From Octopus bimaculoides (Eukaryota): a DNA stretch of 49,686 nucleotides. The DNA lies in assembly GCF_001194135.2 (NCBI RefSeq), contig NC_068996.1, forward strand, positions 4,886,580 through 4,936,265. The letters run 5' to 3'. The notes under the pieces were generated by a model, which was given only the letters and a program-made list of their open reading frames with translations, did no database searches and was not told the DNA's origin. Below are positions 35,820-48,051 of the stretch, one piece after another. A program made the position numbers and the translations under genes. Within the stretch, counting starts at the first letter, position 1. Each line of letters begins with the position of its first letter.

Positions 35820-38585
35820 GCCTGGTAGGTTTTTTCAGACGTTTGGAAGTTTTCCTTGAGAAATGCTTTTATGCTAGTGAGAGACTGAAACATCATCTTG
35901 GGCATATGCCTGAATAGGGCGGGGCTAGTAGATAGGAGAGAGTTAAAGCCTTACAAATCTTCTCAGTCGCTTCGAGCTGACTGACAGGTACCGACTGGAT
36001 TTCCCAAATGCGCCAAAGTGGACATGAACAAACCGCATCGGGTCTTCAAGATAGTATGTTGAAAGCCTGTAGGTAGAAGTAGTATGCTGTCTGCAGTGCA
36101 AAGTCATCGGCTACACAGGCCACAAATTTGTTATCTGTTCAGCCGACATAGATAGGATCCATAGGTAGAGCCTCGGATATTGGAAGCTGAACGCGTTCGT
36201 CCCGGCGTGCCAAGCTTTAAGAGACCGGGTTAGCAAGTTAGTCCATCGGAAGTTGGCGAGTGTAATCGTCAACAACTGATTGTGGATAGCACTGAAAGGG
36301 ACTATTAGAGTAGAGACGGTAGAGTTTAGTAAGGAGATAGTGTTACAGAAATCTAGGATAGGAGACGTGGATAGGAAGCTAGAAGAGGCGCTTATAGAGG
36401 CATAGCGACTGACATAATGGCAGTGAGATTGACTCTTGATCAGTTCTTCAATGCCATGCACGAAGGTTGCGTTGTCAGAGCTAGGATGCGAGCCCTGAGA
36501 CGGAAGGAAACGAAAGCCGTTCGACGGATCCAGTTGGCGGAGGCTCTACGTGGAAATAAAGCTACGATTCGGTCTTTGACGAGCTGTGATGGGCGCATGA
36601 TACCTGTCCAAGCAGATGTATGCAGAATTTTAGCTGCGCTTTACCGAACTGTACGGAGTGCGTGATGTGTAGAGGACAGAGATGGATTTTACATCCTATT
36701 TAAGTGACATGCTGCGCCTCTCGACCAGAGATTCGAAGTTCTGCGAAATGTTGATGACAACAGGAGATATACGGGATGCGATGACCATCTGCGCAGAGGG
36801 AAGTCTTCAGAGCTAGATGGTCTGCCCTTCGATCCTTATTTTCATGTCAGACTTGTTCGGTGATATCTTGGCAGATATCTACCTCAACTGGCAGTAGAAC
36901 GGGAGAACGGGTAAATGGCCACCTATCGGAATCGTTTAGCATCGCTCTTTCGGTCCGTCAAGGATACTCACTCTCTCCCCTTCTACACGTATTGGATCTC
37001 GAGCCATTGCTGCGGAAGTCGGGCATCCTACGTGATCTAGGATGCTGTAAGTTCGTGTGGGCTTATGCGGGCGACGTTACTGTAATAATATTGGACACCT
37101 CGGAAATAGAGGTGGTCAGCACTGCTCTAAGGGACTACGAAGCGATGATAGGAGCAACGATTAACCAGAAGTCGGTGGGCCTGCAGCTCGGCACCTGGTG
37201 AAACCGGTTCATGCCGACCGACAGTATCGTAGGGCGTTGGACGGACGGCCCAATTAAATTTCTCGGGATCTGGTTTGATCCGGACCTCCAGTTGGACAAG
37301 AACTGGGAGGTGACGAAATGGGCAGAGAGGAAGTTATCCCCGAAGGGTCGGGCGGAGGTGGCGAATACGTACATCGCTTCCGTCATTTACTACCACCTGA
37401 CTGTCGTTCCTTGCCCTGCTTCGTGGATGATGAAACTGGAGCGCTTGCTCTTCTACTTTCTGTGGGAGGAAGTGTTCTGCTAGTCGAACGGTCTATCTGC
37501 TGTCAGGGATCTCTAAGTAGAGGACTGGACATGCCGTGACTAAAGATGCGCAGACATCCGCTGGTCACCATTTATCAGACGGGACTTTCCACAGTTCGTC
37601 TCACTGACAGAGCTACAGTTCTGGATCAAGCGTAGACTGAGAAAATGCGCTTGGCACCTGGAGTGTCAGCAAGCGCTCACAGTCCTTTGCTAGTCGGACA
37701 ATGCGGTCGGTGGAAGTTCCACATTAGAGTTCTGTGGCGTCGGGAGATGGAGATTGACTGGTCTTTTCCGGAGGACTTTCGGGTCGTGGCCTATGGACAA
37801 TTTCAAAAAATCTCTGTCCTGGCAGTGTTACCGGGAAGGCTCTGCCGGTTTTGAGACAAGCTCCATAGGCATGGAGGTGCCGTCAGTCGGACTTGTCCGA
37901 AATGTGCGAAGTTCGCTGAAACCGATTTGCGGAGCTTTGTTGAACAGCTACTGACGCATGTAGGACGGATTCGGTTATTTGCCGAGTTCATCATGAGGAT
38001 CGTCTCGCCGCCATATTTTGACCGGGAATGAAAAGCAGTTTTCTTCTGTCTGGTGACTATGGTGAAGGAGGTAGTGTGGTGGACGAGACTGAAAGGATTG
38101 AAAACAGATACTTTCCTCTTCGGCCAGATACTTTCCGCATCGGACAGATACTTTCCGCATCGGACAGATACTTTCCTCATCGATTTTTTCAAATTTCCAC
38201 CTGAAAAGAAAAGTGAGAGTGGAATGGAAAGTACAACAGCTCCCACCACCACCACCACCAGTATTTTTGTTGAAAGCTGTGTGAATGTGACGAAATTGGT
38301 CCGTGTGAATGGGGCCAACATTGAACATTCGCTTGCAGGCTGGAGTGGTTGAGAGGAAGAGGAGTGCCTACCTGAGATGCTCTTCGTAGTTGGGGTGACC
38401 AGGATGTGTCAGGTACATTGGTTGGCCTTGGCTGGAACTCCCTACATTGGAGATTTTTGTTGTTTGAATTTTCTTGTTAATTGTTATCGTTATTCATTGT
38501 ATTCTTGTCATTGTTCAACACCCCAGTCTCCCTTGCATTGTTTTATTCCAATTTGGTTTGTGTGCGGCCCTTGTGGGCAACAGAG

Positions 38586-38590
<5 letters not shown>
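35820..38590 (+). mobile_element. Tx1/L1-like remnant C (EN C-terminal half through the 3' end)
   Basis: FFRRLEVFL, DRYRLDFPNAPKWT, VRQGYSLSPLLHVLDLEPLLRK, YAGD (decayed YADD), GPIKFLGIWF, RTCPKC and the 3' end GGCCCTTGTGGGCAACAGAGAAAT followed by (ATC/ATT)n. Confidence 0.9.
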
Positions 38591-38625
<35 letters not shown>

Positions 38626-38649
38626 TATTATTATTATTATTATTATTAA

Positions 38650-38713
<64 letters not shown>

Positions 38714-38717
<4 letters not shown>

Positions 38718-38925
38718 CGGTGAGCTGGCAGAATCGTTAGTACGCTGGACGAAATGTTTGGTGGTATTTCGCCCGTCATTACGTTCTGAGTTCAAATCCC
38801 ACCGGGGTTGACTTTGACTTTCATCTATTCTGGGTCGATTAAATAAATACCAGTTACGCATTGGGGTCAATTTAATCGACTTAATCCCTTCCCCCACATT
38901 TGGTGCCTTGTGCTTCCAGAAGAAA
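38714..38925 (+). mobile_element. SINE family B, near full length
   Basis: AGGCGGTGAGCTGGCAGAATCG head, B box GAGTTCAAATCC, core and tail. Confidence 0.85.
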
Positions 38926-39049
38926 AAAATTATTATCATCATAATTAGTAGTAGTAGTAGTAGCAGCAATAGCAGTAGTAGTAGTAGTGGTAGTAGTAGT
39001 AGTAGCAACAACAGCAGCAGCAGCAGCAGTAGTAATTGTAGCAGCAAAA

Positions 39050-39185
39050 TAGGAAATCGGAAGGAATTCCATAGCACCGGACTAAGCAACTTGCGGTAAT
39101 TACCTGGGTCGCTTTATGTTCTTAATTTAAATCCCACCATTGGTTCTGTCGGTGTCTTTGCCTTTCATATTTCTGGCATCTATTA
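39050..39185 (+). mobile_element. Degenerate SINE family B fragment
   Basis: CTTTATGTTCTTAATTTAAATCCCACC...CTTTGCCTTTCAT matches the B box and core region. Confidence 0.4.
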
Positions 39186-39756
39186 AAAATAGATATAGCC
39201 GTCTAATATTAGCGAGAAAGAGGTAATTTGTTTAAACTCATGGATTTTTTCTTTATTATTTTTATTTAGATTCTTGCTTTAAGGATTTTAATTCAGAGAC
39301 TTGTTACATGTAATAGTTAATTTACAAGACATAAACTTCGGGTCATAAAGCCTTTTATCTATTTTATTCTGCTTTCAATCTAAATCTCTGATATGGGCCT
39401 TTATATCCCGGCTGTTTCCAATAAAATTATTTATTGTAAATAATTTTCATTCTAAATCCTGTACCTAGTTTAATCAACTCATTTAGTCATTTGTCCAGTT
39501 ATTGAACAAAAAATATCATTATCGGCATTACTTTATATTACTAGCTTCGTTATCTACATACCTAGTCTATTAGCGACCATTCCAACGGTTTTTAATCACC
39601 AATAACTTAATTTACCTCCCAATGTCAGCTACTCACATGTCAGACTTATGAAAAGACCACACACACACACACACACACACACGCATACAAACACATAAAG
39701 ACACACACATAAACACACGCACGCATATATTTCTTCCTTTTCTTTCTTTCTTTTAC

Positions 39757-39915
39757 TTGTTTCAGTCATTTGACTGCGGCCATGCTGGAGCACCGCCTTT
39801 AGTCGAGCAAATCGACCCCAGGACTTATTCTTTGTAAACCTAGTACTTATTCTATCGGTCTCTTTTGCCGAACCCCTATGTTACGGAGGATGTAAAAACA
39901 CCAACATCGCTAAGT
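39757..39915 (-). mobile_element. SINE family A, 3' part, running into an N-gap
   Basis: TTTACTTGTTTCAGTCATTTGACTGCGGCCATGCTGGAGCACCGCCTTTAGTCGAG is the reverse complement of the family A tail. Confidence 0.85.
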
Positions 39916-40364
39916 TNNNNNNNNNNNNNNNNNNNNNNNNNNNNNNNNNNNNNNNNNNNNNNNNNNNNNNNNNNNNNNNNNNNNNNNNNNNNNNNNNNNN
40001 NNNNNNNNNNNNNNNNNNNNNNNNNNNNNNNNNNNNNNNNNNNNNNNNNNNNNNNNNNNNNNNNNNNNNNNNNNNNNNNNNNNNNNNNNNNNNNNNNNNN
40101 NNNNNNNNNNNNNNNNNNNNNNNNNNNNNNNNNNNNNNNNNNNNNNNNNNNNNNNNNNNNNNNNNNNNNNNNNNNNNNNNNNNNNNNNNNNNNNNNNNNN
40201 NNNNNNNNNNNNNNNNNNNNNNNNNNNNNNNNNNNNNNNNNNNNNNNNNNNNNNNNNNNNNNNNNNNNNNNNNNNNNNNNNNNNNNNNNNNNNNNNNNNN
40301 NNNNNNNNNNNNNNNNNNNNNNNNNNNNNNNNNNNNNNNNNNNNNNNNNNNNNNNNNNNNNNNN

Positions 40365-40412
<48 letters not shown>

Positions 40413-40469
40413 AACATTACTGTTATTACGTCTCCACCATATCTAGAGTTCTTATAATTTTCATTTGAA

Positions 40470-40660
40470 GCCGTGAACTGGCAGAATTGTTAGCACGCTG
40501 GGAAAACCAAAAAGCTCAACAGCATTTCGTCAATCTTTACATTCTGAGTTCAAATTCTGCCGAGAACAACCTTGCCTTTCATCCACTCGGTGATCGATAA
40601 AATAACTGTCAATTGAGTAGTGGAGACGATGTAATTGGATTTCACTCACCCTCACAAAAT
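40470..40660 (+). mobile_element. SINE family B
   Basis: GAACTGGCAGAATTGTTAGCACGC...GAGTTCAAATTCTGCCGAG...CCTTTCATCC. Confidence 0.75.
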
Positions 40661-41758
40661 TTCAGGCAGTGTGTATATATAAGAAGGGGTTATATTTACA
40701 CTTGTTCCTATCACTGCATGGACTACTAAAAACTAATACTAGAAATCCTGTTCAAATAGCAATTCTCTCCCCCAATTTATTTAAGTATATATATAGTTTA
40801 TTGAAGATAATCATGCTTACAAATTCCAACCTCATTGCTAATATACCTATCTTTTTATTTTGCAACAATAACTATACACACCACTGTTATTGGTATAATT
40901 TCATATAGTTGAACCTATTAGAGACAGCTTACAGACCTGATATCTATTGTATTATGTAACACTTCTCTCTTTTTAATGAATCATATGTCTAGTTTCACTA
41001 ATAGTTATACTTAAACATTTTACTCACTATTTGTGTTACATGAGTCTTCGTGTTCATTCAAGTTTTTGTCCAGACTATCACGGACCATACCTACAAATAT
41101 TACCACCACCTCTATTACATACATCACTATATTTTAGTCAATCATCTATCTAATCAGTTAAAAAAACATTTTTTAGATATCTATCTTTCTCTATTCGTCT
41201 CGAACATTGCATTCACTGTTCAGCGTTTCCCGCCTCTTTTACATTTCGTAGATCCAGTGCTTAAGTTTTTTTGGTCTTTTTTTTCGCTGCTCGTAATTTA
41301 TTATAACCATTTCGTTCTTTTTTTCTTTATACGAACATTTCTAATGCTACAAAAGTCAGTATTTCTGTTTTTTCTTTCTTTTTCTTTAACCATTATCAGG
41401 TTTTATGCACACTTGCATCGATCTACATAAAAGCTTTCGTATTTTTTCTACTTTTGCCAAGCGATCTCGGTTTTATTTCTTTTCAAGATGTCTCCCTTTT
41501 AATTATGGCAGCTGCCTTAGAATTTCAAGCCATGATTTTCAGCGTTCTAAAACTCTTCCAAGACAGTTTTATACTGTTTAATTCTAATCTCTCCTTTCTG
41601 CACTATACTGAACTTCTTTCCACTTAGATCTCTACGCGGTCGTTCGAACTTCAGCAAAACATGCTCATATCACCCCGCTTCCACTGTCTTACAACAAGAA
41701 GGGCGAGATAATAGCTAATGTGGCTCTAGATATGTCTGTAAATGTGTATTTACACACA

Positions 41759-41792
<34 letters not shown>

Positions 41793-41795
<3 letters not shown>

Positions 41796-42040
41796 GACGG
41801 GCTTCTTTCAGTTTTCGTCTACTAAATCCACTCGCAAGGCTTTGGTCGGTTCAGGGTTATAGTAGAAGACATTTGCCCAAAGGTGGCACAGAGTGAGACT
41901 GAACCTAGAATCATGTGGTTGGGAAGTACACTTATTACCACACAGCCATGCTGGAGCATCACCTTTAATCGAACAAATCGACCCTAGGACTTATTTTTTG
42001 TAAGCCTAGTATGTATTCTATCGGTCTCTTTTGCCGAAGC
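41793..42040 (-). mobile_element. Fused SINE family A pair (tail of one copy joined to the head of the next)
   Basis: On the minus strand the tail ...GATGCTCCAGCATGGC runs directly into the head TGTGTGGTAA...; the junction is at about 41943-41951. Confidence 0.75.
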
Positions 42041-42084
42041 GTTATATATATATGTGTAACTCAAGTTACCTAAACTGCTAAGCC

Positions 42085-42439
42085 CTTTATATGTGCAAAA
42101 CCAATGGCCATTCTATGACCGGCCTACTGGTGAAATTAACGTGCAAGTGGTTGAACACTCCACAGACACATGTACCCTTAACGTCGTTCTCGGAGAGATT
42201 CAGCGTGACACAGAGTGTCAAAAGCTGGCCCTTTGAAATACAGGCACAACAGAAATAGGAAGAAAGAGTGAGAGAAAGTTGTGGTGAAAGAGTACAGCAG
42301 GTTTCGCCACCACCCGCTGCCGGAGCCTGCTTTAGGTGCTTTTGCTAAATAAACACTCACAATGCCCGGCCTGGAAATCGACACTGCCATCCTACGACCG
42401 CGAGTCCGCTGCCCTAACCACTGGGTCATTGCGCCTCCA
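42085..42439 (-). mobile_element. tRNA-derived SINE family D
   Basis: Minus-strand head TGGAGGCGCAATGACCCAGTGGTTAGGGCAGCGGACTCGCGGTCGTAGG..GTGTCGATTTCC has A and B boxes. Confidence 0.75.
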
Positions 42440-42935
42440 NNNNNNNNNNNNNNNNNNNNNNNNNNNNNNNNNNNNNNNNNNNNNNNNNNNNNNNNNNNNN
42501 NNNNNNNNNNNNNNNNNNNNNNNNNNNNNNNNNNNNNNNNNNNNNNNNNNNNNNNNNNNNNNNNNNNNNNNNNNNNNNNNNNNNNNNNNNNNNNNNNNNN
42601 NNNNNNNNNNNNNNNNNNNNNNNNNNNNNNNNNNNNNNNNNNNNNNNNNNNNNNNNNNNNNNNNNNNNNNNNNNNNNNNNNNNNNNNNNNNNNNNNNNNN
42701 NNNNNNNNNNNNNNNNNNNNNNNNNNNNNNNNNNNNNNNNNNNNNNNNNNNNNNNNNNNNNNNNNNNNNNNNNNNNNNNNNNNNNNNNNNNNNNNNNNNN
42801 NNNNNNNNNNNNNNNNNNNNNNNNNNNNNNNNNNNNNNNNNNNNNNNNNNNNNNNNNNNNNNNNNNNNNNNNNNNNNNNNNNNNNNNNNNNNNNNNNNNN
42901 NNNNNNNNNNNNNNNNNNNNNNNNNNNNNNNNNNN

Positions 42936-42972
<37 letters not shown>

Positions 42973-43152
42973 TCCCACCATCGCTTGACAACCGATGCTG
43001 GTGTGTTTACGTCCCCGTAACTTAGCGGTTCGGCAAAAAGAGACCGATAGAATAAGTACTAGGTTTACAAAGAATAAGTCCTGGGGTCGATTTTCTCGAC
43101 CCCAGGAGCGGTACTCCAGCATGGCCGCAGTCAAATGACTGAAACAAGTAAA
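42936..43152 (+). mobile_element. SINE family A, 3' half (5' half probably in the N-gap)
   Basis: CCACCATCGCTTGACAACCGATGCTGGTG...GACTGAAACAAGTAAAAG. Confidence 0.88.
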
Positions 43153-43364
43153 AGAGTAAAGAGTAAAGTATGAAATAGAAGCAGCACTTGTGTAATTAAC
43201 GTTCTCGACCTCATATACTTAACGTACATCACCGTGTATTTGCCTGTAAGTTGCGATTTGACATGGTGGACAATTACTCTCTCGATGCGCTGGATATTGA
43301 AGCATCTGAGAGTCATGGACATGTGAGATAATTCACCCCAGATCCCATCTAGGAGTGATGTTTC

Positions 43365-43437
<73 letters not shown>

Positions 43438-43509
43438 TGTATGTATGTATGTATACAGAAAAGGAAACAAAACTTGCTGCAAAAAGACAATAGCTGATAA
43501 CACAACAAA

Positions 43510-43848
43510 CTTGTATTGGATTCTAGTCGAACGAATCAACTCTAAGTACTTTTTCAAAAAGCCTGGCACTTATACCGAAGTGCTTATATGGTCTCCTTTT
43601 GCCAAACCGCTAATTTATGAGGAGACAAGCACACTAACACCGATTGTCAAGTGGTGGTGTGGAACCAGCGCACACGCGTCCGCGCGTGTGCGACTAGCTT
43701 TTTTTCAGTTTTCGTCTACCAAATCCACTCACAAGGCTTTGGTCGGCCCGAGGCTATACCAGAAGACACTTGCCCAAGGTGCCACACAGTGAGACTGAAC
43801 CCAGAACCATGTGGTTGGGAAGCAAGCTACTTACCACACAGCCACTTA
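43510..43848 (-). mobile_element. SINE family A
   Basis: Reverse complement of the head and CORE part (GACACTTGCCCAAGGTGCCAC...CTTACCACACAGCCAC) with a degenerate tail. Confidence 0.82.
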
Positions 43849-45249
43849 CAATAAAACTACGAGACGCTTTATTAATAACCATATACAAAGCAAAACAAAA
43901 AGAAAATAGAAAAAGGGGACATAGAGATGCAGCCCCGGGGTGTTCGCTGAAAGTAACTTGGATTTGAACAAACTCTAACTGCTTCCATGATGCTTTTACC
44001 GCTTACAATATTCCTATGATCGTTGATACTTACTATAAAAAGGCAACATTAAAAGTACCGTTATTAACACTTATTTGAAAATACGTCTAGAATCGTTAAT
44101 GAACTGACGAACGCTACTAGTCCAAAGCTAAAAATAAAATGTTAATAAGGAATTATGGGAAGTCATTAATAAAGACAGATTAAATTGAAACACAAACATG
44201 TTTTCAATGAAACATGTTTGAATGAGAAGCTGTTTTCGACACCTCCCACCCCACAGCCACTAATACTCACTTCATCCACTACTCACCCCACTACATATAC
44301 ATACATATGTGTGTGTGTATGTGTTAATGTATGTATATAAGTATTTATGTGTATATATATATGTACGTACGTGTGTATGTATGTATGCATGTATGTATGT
44401 ACATAGGCACATAAAACCAAACAAACGTGATTAGATCTCATATCCTGCCTCTTGGATGATTGATATTACTGCCTCCTTCTTCCTCTATCTTGTTTTCTTT
44501 CCTCTTTTCCCTCTTTTTCTTTTTTTCTTTTCCTACTTTCTCATTGCTCATTTATTTATGTTATCTATCCTTCAAATCAGAGACCTACAGCTTCACGAAA
44601 TATTTCTACAGTATTTGACGAATAACTAACGGTTCCAAATAGATTTAGATCGTCCGAATATCAGATTGAGAAGACGAATGGAATCATCTGTCGTCTCTTG
44701 ATGTTTCGATTCGGAATGTTAAAGGAAGAGAAGGCTTGCGGAGGCGTAGTGTGGTGCATGCGGGTCACTGCTAAACTGTTAAATGTGAACAATTAAATAG
44801 CGGTGGCAGTAATGATGATGGCGTTGGCGGTGGCGGTGGTGTTGGTGGTGATAAAGTTGACGGTGGTAATGGGATCTGTGAAAGAATTAGAAATGAAGCG
44901 TGTTTGGTAGCGGAGACAGAAGGAATTGTGGGTAAAGTGTTTAGCGGTGAGAGGGCAAAAGAAATTAGGAATGGAATGGTGTAGAAATAATCACAGGAAG
45001 TGAACAGTATAGCGAGTGGTGTGATGATTTGAAACCATTAGAAATGGATCTCCAGTTACTTTCTGTAGTTGCTTTATTCTTTTGTTTTTCCCCCCTCTTT
45101 TGTTGATGTTGGTTTTTGTATTGTTTTTCTTAAGTAACCCTACTTATTTTCCCTGGGCAGACCTATGACATTTACACAGACGATTCAATGAAGCTTTAAA
45201 TTAGGGTAAATAGAGGCGGAGGTGGGATTACCAGTCATGGTCAACATTA

Positions 45250-45478
45250 TGTAGTTTTACAAAGCCCGCGGGAAACTGTGTGGAAACCTGTCGTGTGTGT
45301 GCGTGTGTATCTTTGCGTTTATACCCTGTATCATTTGACAACGGGTTTTGGTTTGTTTGCGAAACGTACCAGACATCGAAAAAGTAATTAAGGAGGTCGA
45401 TTTGTTCGACTAAAAAACTTCAAAACGGAGATCCAACATGGCTGCAGTCCAATGATGGGAACAAGTAAAAGAAATATG
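45250..45478 (+). mobile_element. Degenerate SINE family A, 3' part
   Basis: TTGACAAC..GGTCGATTTGTTCGACTAAA..CAACATGGCTGCAGTC..AACAAGTAAAAGA. Confidence 0.55.
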
Positions 45479-45551
45479 AAAACATTTCTTTTCTAGATTA
45501 ATCTGTGCATAAGAATACATATTAAAGATTGAGATTTTTCAGAGTAGACAC

Positions 45552-45698
45552 AGTAGTGGCTGTGTGGTAAGAAGCTTGATTCCGAACCATATGGTTCCCG
45601 GTTCAATTCCCCACTGCGTGGCATATTTGGAAACTGTCTTCTATTANNNNNNNNNNNNNNNNNNNNNNNNNNNNNNNNNNNNNNNNNNNNNNNNNNNN

Positions 45699-45743
<45 letters not shown>

Positions 45744-45930
45744 TATGTTTTTGTGTGTCTGTGTTTGTCCTCCCACCGTCGCTTGACAACCGATGTTGGT
45801 GTGCGGTTCCGCAAAGAGACCGATAGAATAAATGCTACGCTTACAAAGAATAAGTCCTGGGGTCGATTTGTTTGATTAAAGGAGGTACTCCAGCATGGCC
45901 GCAGTCAAATGACTGAAACAAGTAAACGAA
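45552..45930 (+). mobile_element. SINE family A spanning an N-gap
   Basis: The head lies before the gap and the 3' half after it; both match 2191-2580. Confidence 0.82.
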
Positions 45931-45949
45931 TAAATGACAGCTACTTAGA

Positions 45950-46045
45950 ACATTATTTACATTTGACAGATATTTGTCCTCATCTTGTTTGTAAATAACG
46001 TAAATAATTTACATAATTCCTCATCTCTTAAATATAGCACTGAAC
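45950..46045. mobile_element. Family H inverted plus direct pair with the centre deleted
   Basis: Inverted arm 45950-45991 is joined to the distal direct arm TAAATAACGTAAATAATTTACATAATTCCTCATCTCTTAAATATAG. Confidence 0.78.
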
Positions 46046-46539
46046 TACTTAGAAGTTTCTCCATGGTCTGCATTTTTCTGTGAAAAAAATGGCTCTTGGT
46101 AACTTGGTATACTGTAAAGCTGCATCCAGTATTTATACCTGGGAATCACAGTGAGGTTCATCATGTATGATTGAAGTGACCTTAAGATGACTTTTGATTA
46201 TTAATTTAGCCTTACATATGTACATTTACCACCAAAGAATACCGTAATATGCATGTTTATACCCAAGACTTTAAACTATTTCACAGATCATAGGATAAGA
46301 AAATGATATTTATAACATATCTCGCATTTTTATAAGCAATGCTGCGGATGTGTTTACAGCTTCACGACCTGTAGTCCCAAGGAACTTTATATGCTCTTAC
46401 ACAGTGGTAAGCTGCCAACATTATAACTAGCGATTCGCCCATGTTGCTGAAATTCAAAAACTGATCCTGCACACAAAGATTCCTAATTTGGCAAGAGACT
46501 ATCGGCCATCATTCAAATATGGTTGTGATATTGGATATG

Positions 46540-46582
<43 letters not shown>

Positions 46583-46992
46583 NNNNNNNNNNNNNNNNNN
46601 NNNNNNNNNNNNNNNNNNNNNNNNNNNNNNNNNNNNNNNNNNNNNNNNNNNNNNNNNNNNNNNNNNNNNNNNNNNNNNNNNNNNNNNNNNATATATATGA
46701 GCAATTAAAGAGAATATTGTTCGTGTATAGCGCGCATTATAGTATATTTTCAAAATGCGCTCTCATTATTATGGGATATGGGTTGTTATATTACCTTCAA
46801 GTAAATATAAAATAGTTAACCTGTTACACCACACATCTGCTTCAATTTTTTATTGGTATGAAGCGAAAAGATCTCACTACGTTCAGCGTGTGAGCGGGGA
46901 TTAGAAGAATTAATTCTCAATATAACGGCTTAATGCATATGATTGTAACTATATATATTTATATTCAAAAGAGTAAATATTTAATAATGATT

Positions 46993-47168
46993 TCATAGTT
47001 TGGCACAAGGCCAGCAATGTCGGGGAATCGGGTAAATCTATTACATCGACCCCAGTATTCGACTGGTCCTTATTTTATCGACTCCGAAAGGATGAATGAC
47101 GAAGTCTGGCGGCATTTGAACTCAGAACGTAGAAGACGTACTTACGACTCTGCCACCTCACCGCCTTA
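46993..47168 (-). mobile_element. SINE family B, array copy 1
   Basis: Reverse complement of the core and head; ends CCACCTCACCGCCTT. Confidence 0.8.
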
Positions 47169-47178
47169 TAGTGAATAT

Positions 47179-47392
47179 ATAATAATAATAATCATTTCTA
47201 TTAAAGGCACAAGGCTCGAAATTTGATGGAAGTGGGTAAGTCTTACATCGACCTCAGTGCATAACTGGTACTTTTTTCATCGACACCGAAAGATCAAAGG
47301 CAAAGTCTACCTTGGCGTAATTTAAACTGAGAACGTAAACATTGCTAAGAATTTCGCCCGGCGTGCTAACGATTCTCCCAGCTCACCGCTTT
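47179..47392 (-). mobile_element. SINE family B, array copy 2, with an 11-bp TSD
   Basis: ATAGTGAATAT at 47168-47178 and 47393-47403 brackets the (AAT)n tail, body and head. Confidence 0.85.
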
Positions 47393-47406
47393 ATAGTGAA
47401 TATTTG

Positions 47407-47472
<66 letters not shown>

Positions 47473-47477
47473 TTAAT

Positions 47478-47697
47478 AATAGTTTCTAATTTATGTATAG
47501 CGCCAAAAGTTGTGTCGGTAGGAAGTAAGTTATTACTTTCGACCCCATTGCATTACTTGTACATTATTTTATCGGCCCATGGTGGAATGAAATGAAAAGC
47601 TGATCTTGGCGGAGTTTGAGTTCAGAACATAAAGAGCTGAAAGTAAACCGCATGGCATTTTAACGGACACGCTAACGATTCTACCAACTCACCTTCA
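47478..47697 (-). mobile_element. SINE family B, array copy 3 (older)
   Basis: CGCTAACGATTCTACCAACTCACC head and degenerate core. Confidence 0.7.
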
Positions 47698-47717
47698 TTA
47701 AATGTTCGATAATAATC

Positions 47718-47917
47718 CTTTCTACTAAAAGACACAAGCGCTAAAATTTGGTGGGGAAAGGACTAGTCTTGCGTAAATGGTACTTAATTCATCAACCCCA
47801 AAAGGATGAAAAGCAAAGTTGACCGCAACGGAATTTGAACACAGAATATAATGACGAACGAAATGCCGCAAAGCAATTCTTCTGGCTTTGCTAACGATTC
47901 TGCAAACACGCCCCCTT
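47718..47917 (-). mobile_element. SINE family B, array copy 4
   Basis: CCCCAAAAGGATGAAAAGCAAAGTTGAC..GAATTTGAAC..GCTAACGATTCTGC. Confidence 0.75.
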
Positions 47918-48051
47918 TAAATAAATATTCAGTAATAATGAAAGCATTCAATGATTATCATTTTTCGATAGTAAAATTATTTCTTAATGTTGTATGCTTT
48001 CTAATATCGCCAAAATTTTTATTAAATTAACCTTTAATGCTGTATGCCCAC

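Noticed and set aside
38105-38184. CRISPR-like short repeats
   Set aside because: The units are contiguous with no unique spacers, there are no cas genes, and the context is eukaryotic.
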